Of a stretch of DNA of 64,000 nucleotides, positions 1 to 13,045 are shown in pieces. Position 1 is the first letter of the stretch, and each line of letters opens with the position of its first letter. The position numbers and the translations under genes were made by a program. Origin of the DNA: Pecten maximus. Lineage: Eukaryota. The stretch is from NCBI RefSeq assembly GCF_902652985.1, contig NC_047015.1, forward strand, positions 53,134,001 to 53,198,000. Reading direction: 5' to 3'. Below the pieces are notes generated by a model, which worked only from the letters and a program-made list of their open reading frames with translations, was not told the origin of the DNA and ran no database searches.

Positions 1-164
1 AAACACCAATTCCTTCTTCCTTGATATTTTAGAAAACAATAGCTATAAAAAGGTGTTTTCATCGGCATATTTCGCTATCTATAGTTTCTCCTAACGGTAG
101 AGATTTCGATAGCACTGTGATAAAGGGAATAAAAACAAAGTTTTTCAACGATTTATCGGCCAAT

Positions 165-590
165 ACTTAATCGCAAAATCTCAACCATTTCCGTCTAGAC
201 TCGAAATCAAACGGTTGATTCTGCGTCTTGACGGAATTACCCGAGATGATACTCAATCGAAAATCTCGACCATGTCCGTTTAGATTTTAATCAAACGGTT
301 GATTCCGTGTCTTGACGGAAATACCCGAGATGTTGCGATTGAGGCAATACAAGGAGAGTTCATGACATGGAGCGTCATAGTTATGTATACAATCTGAGTG
401 AAATTAAGGATCAACACTAAACAATATATAGTTCGCATATAACCGTAACTCTCTCGGACAATACTCAATCGACTCATTCGTCTAGACTCGGAATCAAACG
501 GTTGATACCGAGCCTTGACGGAATTAGCCGAGATGTTGTGATTGGGGCAATACTAAGTGAGTTTTGGACATGTGACGTCATTGTTATTTA
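165..590. repeat. Three diverged direct copies of an ~85-bp unit (…tagactcgaaatcaaacggttgattc…ttgacggaattacccgagatg)
   Basis: The unit recurs at about 171-250, 257-340 and 468-545. Confidence 0.7.
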
Positions 591-1749
591 TATATAATAT
601 GTTAGTACATATGTATACATACTTAAATTTCTGTTAGTACCTATATATATATACTCAGATTGCTTTATCCGGACCATGAAGTCCGGAAAACCTATGTTCC
701 GTTGTATTGATACATTATCCCAAAGTGAGTACAAGGAAATCTCGTGAATTACTTGTACACAATTACATTTCCGAGAAAGAAATCCGGAATTACGGGTTTG
801 TTCGGTTTAATGAACCATTTCTTACTTCCTGAAATTCAAGTGAACATAAAACAGTATTGGCGATCACATAGAAAGAAGCTCCTAATATATATATTGTCTG
901 CAGTTTTGCCGACCTGGAAAAATAAAATATATCTCAAAATTAGAATAGAAAATAATTCTTTTCGGACCATCGAAACAACATAGTAATATTTGATTATCAC
1001 GAAGAAAACAAACAGATAAAACCAAAAACAAAACAAAACATTTTGCTGTGTAGTTATAATCTCGGGGAATTCTAGTTTTCCTTCCTTTCGTAGCTTCACC
1101 ACCTGTCGATAAACAGCTGTAAATCCTGACATTTAAGTACAGGAATCGAGTAAGTTGATAGTTAAGCACACACACCGTGTTGCTATAAATCCAACACATT
1201 TCTCATATCAGGCCTCCTGGATACTTAGGGTTGATAAAAATTCAACCCTTGGCATTTGCTTTAGATTGTAAGAGAAAAAGAACTACTTCCGTTTGACAGA
1301 GCATCTTTATTTCTCAAATATTGAAGTAGTCGCCTAATTCAAAGATAAAAAAACGAAACCGTTTCGCAGAGGGCGAGCAGGTGATACATTCTGTGTCTGG
1401 AAAAATCGCACTGCCTGTTGTTGATAAATTATTGGGTTTTTTTACTTTATATAGCTCCTGAGGAGATAATTTGTTATTTAGTTTTTTTAGTCGAAAACTT
1501 TATTTGATGAATACGAAGAATATGAACATTTGTGCTTCCCGAGACGAAAAATGAATTAGCGATAATTTTCTGGGTTGTATTGTTTTGGTCTTGCTTTATG
1601 GCCTATCAACAATTTGTGTCATTTAGGGCCATATTTTCCGGATTACGGAACAATGGAAGGAAATTTGTATTCCTTATAATGGCGCTAACAAATAAAAAAC
1701 TAAATATATGTAGGAAACATATGTTTCATTCAAAGTTGCTATCCTCTGG

Positions 1750-2270
1750 AGTTGTCCTGTTCTCACGTTGTCTTGTTCTCACGTTGTCTTGTTCTCACGT
1801 TGTCATGTTCTCACATTGTCCTGTTCTCACATTGTCCTGTTCTCACATTGTCCTGTTCTCACGTTGCCTTGTTATCACGTTATCATGTTCTCACGTTATC
1901 ATGTTCTCACGTTGTCTTGTTCTCACGTTGTCTTGTTCTTACGTTGTCTTGTTCTCATGTTGTCTTGTTCTCACGTTGCCTTGTTCTCATGTTGTCCTGT
2001 TCTCACGTTGGCATGTTCTCACATTGTCCTGTTCTCACGTTGTTTTTGTTGTTCTCACCTTGTCATGTTATCACGTTGTCTTGTTCTCACGTTGTCTTGT
2101 TCGCACATTGCTTGTTCTCACGTTTTCTTGTTCTCACGTTTTCTTGTTCTCACGTTGTCTTGTTATCACGTTGCCTTGTTCTTACGTTGTCCTGTTCTCA
2201 CGTTGTCCTGTTCTCACGTTGTCATGTTCTCACATTGTCCTGTTCTCATGTTGTCATGTTCTTACGTTGA
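1750..2270. repeat. 16-bp tandem minisatellite (gttgtcttgttctcac)n
   Basis: About 32 near-perfect units. The three overlapping low-complexity ORFs at 1532-2335 arise from this repeat. Confidence 0.95.
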
Positions 2271-3924
2271 CGCTCCTCGATTCCCGCCATTATTCAGAAT
2301 TTAGACATGGTTTGCAGGTTACGGTAAACCTCTAACTGGGACTAGAAGCTTCCGTCATCGATCTCAGAGAATTAATCAAGCCCCTAAAAGTTGAGTGCAT
2401 TGCACGTCAACTCAGGGAAATTTGATATCTAAGATACAAGTATGCTGACGGAATCACATTAACTATCTAAAAGATGAACGCCTATGACAGGAGATAGGTA
2501 TGTTTACCTAAGTAGAAAGATTGGCAGACGGTTTGATAAAGAAATGGGTTATCATTCAAAACAGATTATTTCTCTTAAAGTCATGTCTAAATGTGAATTT
2601 CCAAACAGATTTTTCGTAGATTGTAAGAGATGAATTTATCAATAGATATCAGAAATCTTACTTTAGTTTTTCTTTGGTAGACAGTCCTCTGCAAAAAGCA
2701 TTGATATTTCAGTACCATAATTTATCAGAGAGTAAAAACCTATACAGAACTGATAAAGCTGACATAGCAAACTATTTGAGTCCTTATTACAGCCTAACTT
2801 CTCTAAATTAATCCACTTTCTATAATAAAAAAGTAAATAGTTTTTACGATAAAGTTTGTTTGTTTTTTTAAGATACAGTAGTTTACACGGTACATATATA
2901 TTACATAAGTGTACGATGCAAACAGAAAAGAATAGTTCGAATACGTGACTCTGATGTTGTATGGTGAAATGTTGATCAAAGATGTACAGGTGATAAACAG
3001 ATCAGGTGGTCCGGTATAGTGAGCGTCTTCTGTTTCAAACGCGGAAGGATGATTCATCGATCTCCCCTATTTAACAATGTATACACACCTTCAACGGTTG
3101 TTAAAATGAAAACATGACATTGGCAATACAAGATACAGTGGCCGGTAACGGACATATCACAATATGTTCGAACGCCATATTTTTTATGTTATCCGTTCCA
3201 GTCTCTTAAAAAGTAGAAAGTTTTGAAATCCAGTCTATTGCATGTTTATCATGTCCTTGAAATAAGTGAATAATTGTAAAATAAAACGTTTGTTTCTTTC
3301 CAAAATGTTTAACTATTAGAGTGACACCTAATGCTCTCAGTCAGCTGCCTAGCCCGTCGCTATCTCAACTCCGTCAAAATAGATTTGTTTACAAACAATA
3401 ATATCATTCAGTTCTTGTGATCATCGAACAGTTGGTACGATAAATAGATGAATAAATCATTTATCTTTATCTTGTTTATTGTAAACAACAAACAGATTTT
3501 TTTTTAATTCGACGCCAGGAAGGGAGTAAGTGATGTTTTAATGATGTCGGGAAGTCCGATTATAGCGTGCCACCGGCGTACCATAACACGAGTAACAGCT
3601 AGTTTATATTTTTACAATTTAATGTAACAACCCACGAAAGAGGTTTGGCGTAAAGAAAACAAACAACCTAAATTATCCGTATAGTTGCTGATAATGTCTA
3701 TTTCTTTCAACATCGTGGGGCCTTTTCGAATACTTTATCGGCGATTATAGGCAGTTTATGAGTTCGAAATATATACGGATATCAATACATCTTATTGAAA
3801 ATGTTTTATCGCATTTATATACAGACATCTGTCTAGAATTTTCGTTTTCAATACAGCTGAATTGCCATTTATGAATGACGTGTTTATGCAGCTTTCTTCC
3901 ATCGCCGACTGACTTGAAAGTAAG

Positions 3925-4555
3925 ACATCAGAATTGGATTGTACCGGTTCGTAAGAGGCGACTAAATTTAGGATATCATCATTTTAATTCTCTTATTTCA
4001 GAATCAGAGAACCAGTCTAAATGTCGTTGAAATGTTAGTTAAGTTTATTGGTGACACTTTTTCGTCATTTCTTTAAGGAGTTATGGGTAACTCTTTCTTA
4101 ACAACTCTCTTCTTTCTTATGTCTCCTACTTCCTCACTTTTGGCCTTTAGTTGAGCGTTTGCCCCTTTGAGGAAGGTTATGTGGACTGACCGATACAAAT
4201 CAGAGTCTTTAAGATTGGATTGATTCTCGGTGCTTGACGTCCAGCTTTAATCTTTTTTGGTACTGGATGGTTCGCTAGTTGTCAGTATAATGTGACCGTG
4301 TGGGGTGTCTAGGTGTGGCTCGATGTCTCACGTTTGGCCTTGAGATGAACGTTCGCCCCTGTGAGGAAGGCTTTTGGTTCTGTCCCTTGGCCGAGACATA
4401 CCAGGGTCTTTAAAAATGATAGTTGCTACTATTGCTTAGTGTTCGGCATATTAGGATTGGGACGACTGGTTCGCCCGTTGTCAGTATAACCGGGTGGGGT
4501 GTCCTGCTGGTTGTCTTCGGAAGTATGCTTCAGTGAGGAAGCATTATACTTATGT
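3925..4555 (+). mobile_element. tRNA-derived SINE (Meta-domain-like family), two partial tandem copies
   Basis: Shares ggcctttagttgagcg…cccctgtgaggaagg…gtcagtataatgtgaccg with the copies at 12775, 16215, 23535 and 61353. Confidence 0.75.
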
Positions 4556-7500
4556 AGAAACATGTCATTTCTGACCTTTAACTACTGGTAACGAACGACC
4601 TTGACTATATTTGATGCCACGTGAATGTAACTTGTAAAACGATCCGTATTGTTAATGAAGCCACAGAAATAAGAGACACCATATTTGACATCTTCTCTGT
4701 AGCTTGCCCAATTTGTTTGCATTCTGGAATTAAATAAAACGGCTTCCTTTGCTCTCGGTTGCCAATATAGGATGGCGTATATAGACGTGCTTCGTGTACT
4801 GTATTTCCAGCAATGTTATTGTGCCTTTGTATTATACAAAACACGTATGCCCGAGCGAAATTGCTCAGTCTATATTTAAACTTGGCTTGACTTTCTAAAA
4901 AAAAATGTACTTGAACTATTTATTATATCTAGTTACTAAAATGACAGGTTTCTCCGGTGTTTTCTTTATTCTCTTACATACAGTTAAGTATCAGGAGCAA
5001 TACCTCTAAATATAGGTAGAGAAGAAAACTTAAGAGATGAAATCAATAGATATTACTTGAAAATTATTTTTCTTTGGGTATGAATCATCAAATATATAAG
5101 ATTACTGCCGTAAAATCCAGCGAAATATAACAAAGGAAATGTCTGTGGTACCTTAATACAAAAGTGACTGTCAATAGGTGTGGTCGTTGTTGCCAAATCG
5201 CGACGAGTGGGCGTGATCCGTGGACTAAATCGAGATGAGTAGGCGTGGTTCCTACTACGAGTGGATCATTGATGTACATGTTTTAACAGGTGATATCGCA
5301 GCACTGATTGCTCACTATCAACTGCTAATTAACGAGTGCTATCAGATTGCATGTTAACCTTTTTGTAGACACGCACAGCTGTATGTACAGTTACTCGCTG
5401 AACATGCATGGAAAAGCATGTCAACAAACATCAGCATTGCAGGTAGATAAACATCCACATAAACAGGTCAAAAACATATACATCTGCGGTTAGCAATATA
5501 CCCAGATATTTGACGAAGCATTTTTTTCTATTTATTTTTTTTTTCTTTAACTTGATATCGTGTTAGCGTACATTCGTGGCAACGAGCGAAACCAACTCAT
5601 ATGAGATTGCAGCGAAATTTGAATTCAGATCGTTTCCTCTCCGTTTTCTATTGTTCTGAGCCATTGATAGCTTCAACTTGGATTTTTATTCATAAGAGTA
5701 GTATGAAAATGACATTTGTGTTGATATTTTTTAATTTTTATATTCTACTGCTGAAAAAAAATCAAAGAAAATATGCAAATAAAATACAATTATTAGAAGG
5801 CAATATGATTTATTTTTTTTTTAATAATGTTTTGAAAAACATTGCTTTTTGTGTAAAGTAATGATTTTAGACTTGTTTGAGCTAGCATATTGTCTCTATT
5901 CCTCATCACGCTATGGTGGAGAGATCTAATTTCGGTGAAGACAACCTTAATACACTTTACGCGATTGAATCCCATAGCGGCGTTAGTTGTTCTGCGAAGC
6001 CGTCGTTACATTCCTACAGATGCGTTGTTGTGTTACATCTAACGGTGAATTCATTTATGGTGGACATTTATTTTATCCGTGCAAATTGCAAAATGGCCTA
6101 TTACTCCGTAACATCAATCGTACACGTGTTATTATTTCACATATAACAACAAAATATGCATATACACATTCTTAATACGCAGGCAAACGGTTTCATTTAG
6201 GGCTGCATGCTACCTTAATCTGACATGCATCTTCATTCCGGAAGAGTTCCACAAACTATGAAGATATAATTTATTGATGGTAATTTTTACTTAGTTGATG
6301 ATAGACTAGGCGTTAATTATTAGCCTGATCGTCCAAGGGAGATAACTATGACGCCAATAACAAGTATAATACGTTAAGTAGCATACACCCTTAAGTATGA
6401 TGAAATCAGCATGCATTTTATCACTTGCAGACGTTAACGTTGGTTGGTGCCATTTAGGTAGACTACAAGCTGTTGTAGCAAGTTATATTGCCATTTTCCC
6501 CCGTTTTTGTTTACCATTCAACAACCAATCATGGAGTTCACAAAATTTTAGAAATATGATATATATATAGTATATGTACAAAAATAAAGAAAGCTAATAT
6601 CACGATTTTTCCTCGTCAGTACACCAATTTTAGCTTCAATCAAATCTTCGGTCTTTGTGTCTGTCTTCTTCCTAATGATCCATAATTGTTTTTACTTTGC
6701 GAAGGCGGGAAATATAGTATGTGTGATTTATTCGATTATCTTTATGGATATTGTGCAAGAATACTTCAGGTGCAGTTATTTATATAGCAGAAGAGATATT
6801 TATATAGAGAGTCTAGTAAGTAATAACGACAGTATGGCCCAATATACAAATGTAGGTACTGGATCCTTACAACTAGAAATAGATAATTTGTCAAGTAGTA
6901 ATAACGACAGTACAGACAAGTAAATTGTCGAATTTTCGAGGCAATTTGCCCCTTTATCAAGACACAACTAAATTTCAAACGATCACATATAAACATAGGA
7001 ACATATATATATATATATTTCTTTTCTTTTTTTAAATACGAAAATTCGTTTGTGGGCTGTAAGGAAGAACAAAATGTAATCTCGATCAATTCTCCTTCAG
7101 GCGCCATATAAACCCTTGGACACATCTTGAATGGCTCGTAACATTGATCATTGAAGTACGGCTAAGCCTTTTTTTATTCTCATACATATAATACATATAT
7201 AAGTCTTCACTCATATCTTAAGAAAACTGCAACAATTTTAGGGATTCCATTAACAACTGGATTTTGTATGCTTTTTTAATTGTTGATTTCACGAAGTTTA
7301 TAAATATCTTGCGCCATAAATCTATAATGTAATTAAATGGTCATTAGTAGATGACCAAGATTCTTTCGACTCATCTGTTTCAAACATATAATATATTTAC
7401 GATGAATACTCAAATTACACGACGAAAATATAAGAAGATTTTAACGACTTGAAGAGGAATGAAAAAAACTATAAATTCTTCCGGCGGATAAGTATCCGTG

Positions 7501-7821
7501 ACCTTATATATACCGACGCACGGAAATAATCTAGTGGAGGAATTGTAAAAAAAAAAAAAAAAAATCCGTGATTTCTATAGTTATCTGTAACATGCGAGTT
7601 ACACACGTAAAATCCGTATAGCTGTTTTGAGCCACAGTTCCATCTTCAGGCAGCAGGTAGAGATCACACGATATATTCCGTACGTGTACAAATGTATAGA
7701 TGTCCGTCAAGTTCCTTTCACATTATCTTTACAGAAACATCTCTTAGGCTCAGAGTAGATCCCAAGCCTAATTGAAGATATCGATGGCAGAGGCAAGTAG
7801 CAACGTCCGAAATAGTTTTTC

Positions 7822-8100
7822 ATCTAAGGTTTGTTTGTTTGCTGGGCTTATCGCCCGATGAGCTGCAAGTGTCATTTTGCGACGGGCTTGCCTTGTAGTA
7901 GTTGGTGACTACGTCACTGAACAACATACGAGCGGCCCTTCGCATGCCATCCGGGACACGAGGGTTCTTGCCCAAGGACACGACTATAACAATGTAGACC
8001 GGCCCGTCGGTCATGGTTACGGGAGCGTCGAACCAGGCACCTCGGCTCCTCACCTGAGATTACGTGGCCGGCGCTTTAACTGATTGAGCTATTGCAGCCT
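7822..8100 (-). mobile_element. tRNA-derived CORE-type SINE
   Basis: On the minus strand: A-box tagctcaatcagttaaagcg, B-box ggttcgacgc, CORE-like gtgtccttgggcaag and an (aaac)n tail. Confidence 0.7.
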
Positions 8101-9839
8101 CTCTAAATAACATATTATCTTGACAAGTAAATCTCATTGGATTATATCTCGGAAATATCTTAACCTTCGCACGTGGTCAATCTCAGATTGGTACGAAAAG
8201 GTTTCGTGCAAGGCACGAGTATATACATACTTCGTTTACGATCCATGTGTATTTGGCCTTACCCTTAGTGTAAAGTAGTAATTCTAACTCGGTATATATC
8301 AAAAGAGGGTTAAATATATATTTGTACTGAAACTTTAGTAAAAGAACAAAGATGATTAGAACAGGCGTTCTGGAAGGGTAAGCGTCGTGCATCGACGAGA
8401 CGGGGCGTATTAATCTAAGACAAATATGTATTAATTCATACCCTCAAAGTAACAACCAGGGTAATAGTGATATTTCACTTCGACCGTTAAAAAAAGTCCA
8501 CTGTCCATGAGAGCATTTAGTCGTTATTGAAAACTTAGAGGGGTATCATGTTGGACAAATATTAATCGAGTCATCTTAAACGTATAAAAATGCTAGGACT
8601 GATCCTAATCTGCCCAGACCAAAACAAATTATCATGCGCTTGTGGTATAAGCATCGACCTCGACCTAGAAAAAGCAACTTAAGACGTCAATGATATCAGA
8701 GGAATTAGACAAGGTTTTTTTTATTAACGGTATCGGTAATTTATAGTGTTATAACAAAGTTTCATATCCCTGTGCATGGAACCGTTGCAAACCTGCCTGT
8801 AATCTAGACTCTATCACAGAAAATATGTTTTTTTGCAAAACATACAACACTCTAAAATACTTGATTTTTTTGTTTGTTTGTTTTCGTCGTTGTTTCTTTT
8901 TTCTTTTCCTTTTTTTTCTGGGTTTGTCGCTACGTTGACATCAAGGGCCATTTCTGTCTCCATGTAGTAGCTGGTGGCTACTTCATTGAACAATATACAG
9001 GATTGTCGCATGGTATCCAGATTAATTTTGCGTAAAGTGGCTTGTCCAAGGACATCATCGCTACCACATCACAGGGGACTGTCGTGAATATTTCTGAGAA
9101 ACACAAATCGTCGTGGGTCGGGCTAGCACATAATGCATTAAACGAAATACAGTTAATCAGCACAACGAAAATAAATTGTACGTGTGTGTTCATGTGAACA
9201 ATAGGTCTAAGTGTCAGAAGCATTGAAGTACAAAGGATATATAATCATCATTTCTAATGTGGACTTGATAATACTTAGTTTATCTACTCCCTAGATATAG
9301 ATTACCCTGTAGGTCCCGATCTGGTTGTGTCTCAAAGACAGTCTGTTACGTAATAAAGGTATTATACCACAGTTGTCCAAGAACAAAGAAGCCCGTCATA
9401 CCGGTGCTTGTGTGACTAAATGAAATCCTAATAACTGCTCTTTTATTACAATTATATTTCACATCTAGAGTATACAGCTTTTGTCTCAAAGGAACGCTGT
9501 TTCATCATACTTATTAATCAAAAGGCACACAGGTGTGAAGAAACAAACCACACCTGCTAAAATGACGTATATATATCGCATTGTTCACCTCACAGCCGTC
9601 ATAACCCAGTTCGCCAGCCATCGTAACTGGAACTCTCCGATACACATGCATGAAGATACACTGCTTAGCAGGGATCACCTGTCTTCTCTCATTCTGCTTC
9701 CTCCACGACAGCCTACTTCGGATCCCTAAGCACTTCGGACACCGTATGTGTTTTCTGTAAGTACCGTCTGTGAAATCAGATGACAGGATAAATTAAGCGA
9801 CTAGTGTTTATTGCACGTGCTCCGAATAGGTATTTTCTC

Positions 9840-10230
9840 TGTCTGTCTGTCAGTCTAGCGCCGCACTCCCTGTAACCTTGTAGAGCTGGAAATGACTTTG
9901 TCCTTTTATTGTCTCACTCCCTGTAACCTTGTAGAGCTGAAAATGACTTTGTCCTTTATTATCTAACTCCCTGTGAACGTGTGAACACGTCTGTCTGTCT
10001 GTCTGTCTGTCTGTCCTCTAAACACAATGTGTTACCGTCTCACTCCATGTAACCATTAACAGTTGAAATGACGTTATTGTCTCACTCCCTGTAACCTTGT
10101 AGAGCTGGAAATGACTTTGTCCTTTATTATCTCACTCCCTGTAAACGTGTGAACACGTCTGTCTGTCTGTCTGTCCTCTAAACACAATGTGTTACCGCCT
10201 CACTCCATGTAACCATTAACAGTTGAATAT
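9840..10230. repeat. Compound tandem repeat (ctcactccctgtaacc… units of ~47 bp with (tctg)n, higher-order duplicated)
   Basis: cactccctgtaaccttgtagagctggaaatgactttgtcc occurs 3 times. The block 9913-10075 is repeated at 10080-10230. Confidence 0.8.
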
Positions 10231-10237
10231 GCAATAT

Positions 10238-10598
10238 TGTAACAGGAGAGGGAAAATGCACGGTCAGACCGGGGTTCGAACCCGGGACCTCCGAGCACTA
10301 GCCGGATGCTCTACCATTTGAGCTACCTAGGCCCAGTTGTTCAAAAGGTGATTAGCTTAATCACTTGATTAGTGAAAATTTCATTTCTCATTTGTTGCAA
10401 AACCTGTGAGTATATCATCTTTAAACTATGTCAGTTGGAAGAGAATTAAGAATTACAGAATTTCATAAAGTTTTGTCAAGTTAGTTCTACCAGAAATTAT
10501 CATATTAGGATTTGAAAAAATGTTGTTAAAATGTGATTAGCCTGATCACCTTTTGAACAACTGGGCCCTGGTCGCCGATGATCGATCCAGTTTTGTTC
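10238..10598 (-). mobile_element. tRNA-derived SINE split by a MITE
   Basis: The minus strand reads ggtagctcaaatggtagagcatccggctagtgctcggaggtcccgggttcgaacccc (A and B boxes). The 5' part resumes after 10567. Confidence 0.75.
10330..10567. mobile_element. Non-autonomous DNA transposon (MITE), PIF/Harbinger-like
   Basis: TIRs ggcccagttgttcaaaaggtgat…atcaccttttgaacaactgggcc; cta/ctg flanks fit a CWG TSD; a second copy lies at 62526-62764. Confidence 0.8.
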
Positions 10599-11411
10599 CG
10601 CAACACTATTATAATACCTCACTTTCATTTACACTGATATGATTGGACTAAACGTTATCACATGACAAAATATAACTGAGACATTTCCCCGAAACTGCAG
10701 GACGAGGGTGAACAACCCGGGATGATAACCCCTCACGGGCGTCAGTATGACGTCATAACATTATAGAACTGCAGTACGAGGCGACAACCCCGGAATGATC
10801 TCTGAAAAATGTTGAAAAATGGTTATTTTTTAATGTTTCTATATGTTGATTAGATTATCAAGCAAATTTACATTTTTTCAGTTTCGTTCGATATGATTAA
10901 ATAATTATAGCCCTCTGTGCCGGAATCAATCCAGAATTGTCTCCCTGGGCAGGGTTATTTTTCCAAGGGCTCCTCCATGGAGGGCCATAATTGTATATTA
11001 TCTCACTCCCTGTAACCATGCTCAGTTAAAATTATGTATACTGCTTTAATGGTGCGTGTGTGTCCGCCTTCCTTTACAAATTGTGCATGCATGCTAACAC
11101 TCCCTGCCAACACGTCCGTTAACTTCTCTAGAATCGACAAGAATAGCAAGTAAAAACAGAAAATAGACTTGTGAATCCTTGGCTTTTCATGTTCCAGGAG
11201 AAACAATACTACTACTGAAAATGGGTATTGAATGTTGATTTAATAGCCTTAAATACATTGATCTCGGATGATAGTTTGTCTCGGGGTTGATAAAACCATG
11301 TATCAACCTAATTAAAGGTAAGAATAGTACATTACTCTCTGTTAAAAGGGGGATAACTCGAATATGCGACAGGGGCCCAGCAGAAGTAAAACGATTAGCT
11401 TGATGCGTTTC

Positions 11412-11566
11412 TATGGTGTTCCGTTAGGGCCAAATTTCCAATATTGCTCCTTCGCTCCTTCGCCCTAAACGCGAAGGTCCGAAAACACGATGGCGAAGGA
11501 GCGAAGGAGCGAAAATACGACGGCGAAGGAGCGATATTGGAAGTTTGGCCCTAACGGAACACCATA
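11412..11566. mobile_element. Fold-back MITE
   Basis: TIRs tatggtgttccgttagggccaaa / tttggccctaacggaacaccata, flanked by the direct repeat cgtttc. Confidence 0.85.
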
Positions 11567-12774
11567 CGTTTCAGACTTGCGTAACACATTTCCGTTTTAC
11601 TTGAAACGTAGTTACAGACATCTTACATACAGAGAACTAAACAATATCGAAATATGTTTATCTTAAAAAGCCAGTTACTTAAAACCAGGGGGGCCAAAAT
11701 GATACTCCAAAAAAAAAAGTACCGCGTTGTACGTGTCAATAATCTCCAGTAATTGAAGGGAACAACGTTTGGTTGGGTCTCGTGTTGGTTGGTTTCCTGT
11801 CCACAAAATGACGAGAGCATTTTGCCCATTTTCGTTTCGGGACCAGTCACAAACAGCGAGATATTCTTTATCTAATATTCATATTTTTCCTGTTTGGCAG
11901 AGAAAAGAATCCGTTGATATTTGACGAATTTATTGATATTAAGATTTCTCGTTTCATCATGACAACAATAAGACAACAGCTTCCCTTTCAATGTTTAGTC
12001 CTACCTCCCGTGTTGGCACGCTACCAGTCCTCCCTCAACTAAAGAAGGCTATATATCAGGGGCGATAACTCCTGCGAAAAGCGCAAGCTCAAACTCGGAA
12101 CGAAGTATTACTTTCGCGTCATTTGTACTGAGTTATGAAAGTTGAAGAAAAAAGTTTGCTTACGGCTTTATTTTGATCATTTAAATCATAGTTTGAAAAT
12201 ACATTTTTAAAGGTTTGCGTTGTCCTCTTCTTCCATTCCTAAAGTGCAGTTATGATGTCGTAAAGTGGGACGCGATGTCTCGATGAGAAAGGTTTCGTAT
12301 GTTCCGCGAACCTCAACCGAACAGTGGCGTTCGACCTCTGCTCCAGTCTCGTAGTAAAATTTCTCCATTGCCCTGTCATGAAAAAGTTTAGATCAGTAAA
12401 TTTTACTGTCGATTTAACGCATGAAATTAAGGGGGAAATCGGATTAAAAGATTCAATTCCGACATTTTTTTCTCTAACTATACAATATGAAAAAATTAAT
12501 TATATATAAATATATGAAGCGTTCCCCATACTATTGAATATCTTATTTTACATGAATCCGTAATAAAATTTCGATATCTACATGAATCCGTAATAAAATT
12601 TCGATATCCGAATCTTCTAACGTCATCGTATCAGAAACAGTTTAAAATATACATGTATACTGAAGTACAATAGACAAATATCTCAATTGTTTTATGGAAA
12701 ATCAGAGTCATAATAAATTATTTTGTAAATGATATTGTTATATAGACGGTGATATGGTTTGAATTGTTAGATGT

Positions 12775-13045
12775 TTGGTTTGGTCTTATTTGTTAAACGT
12801 CCTATCGACAGCTATGGTCATTTAAGGACGGCCTCCTGTGTGTGCGACATACATGCGTGTGGTGAGTGTGTATATGTGTTTTGGGAGGCTGTGATATGTT
12901 CGTATTACGTCTCCTCGTGATAGGCCGGAACTTTTGCTGATTTATAGTGCTACCTCACTGAAGCATACTGCCGAAGACACCCAGCAGGATACTCCTACCG
13001 GGTCACATTATACTGACAACGGGCCAACCAGTCGTCCCATCCTAA
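12775..13045 (-). mobile_element. SINE 3' half in intron 4 of copy A
   Basis: Closely matches 61365-61625 (aaacgtcctat…catttaaggacggcctcc…ggtcacattatactgacaacggg). Confidence 0.8.

Noticed and set aside
1532-2335. 267-, 172- and 178-aa Cys/Leu-rich ORFs
   Set aside because: Translations of a stop-free 16-bp minisatellite, open in all three frames.
1050-5300. Scattered exon-like segments on the minus strand (~1075-1215, 2945-3068, 4577-4722)
   Set aside because: I could not build a consistent reading frame or recognise a domain.
8960-8982. tagccaccagctactaca similarity to the conserved upstream element
   Set aside because: Only ~18 bp and lacks the rest of the block; may be chance.
10262-10328. 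tRNA gene
   Set aside because: A and B boxes are present, but the sequence is interrupted by a MITE and embedded in a SINE-like body; I could not support a functional cloverleaf.
12207-12218. C-terminal ANL/TSL as a peroxisomal or PDZ signal
   Set aside because: The proteins carry an N-terminal signal peptide, so cytosolic C-terminal signals are unlikely to act.
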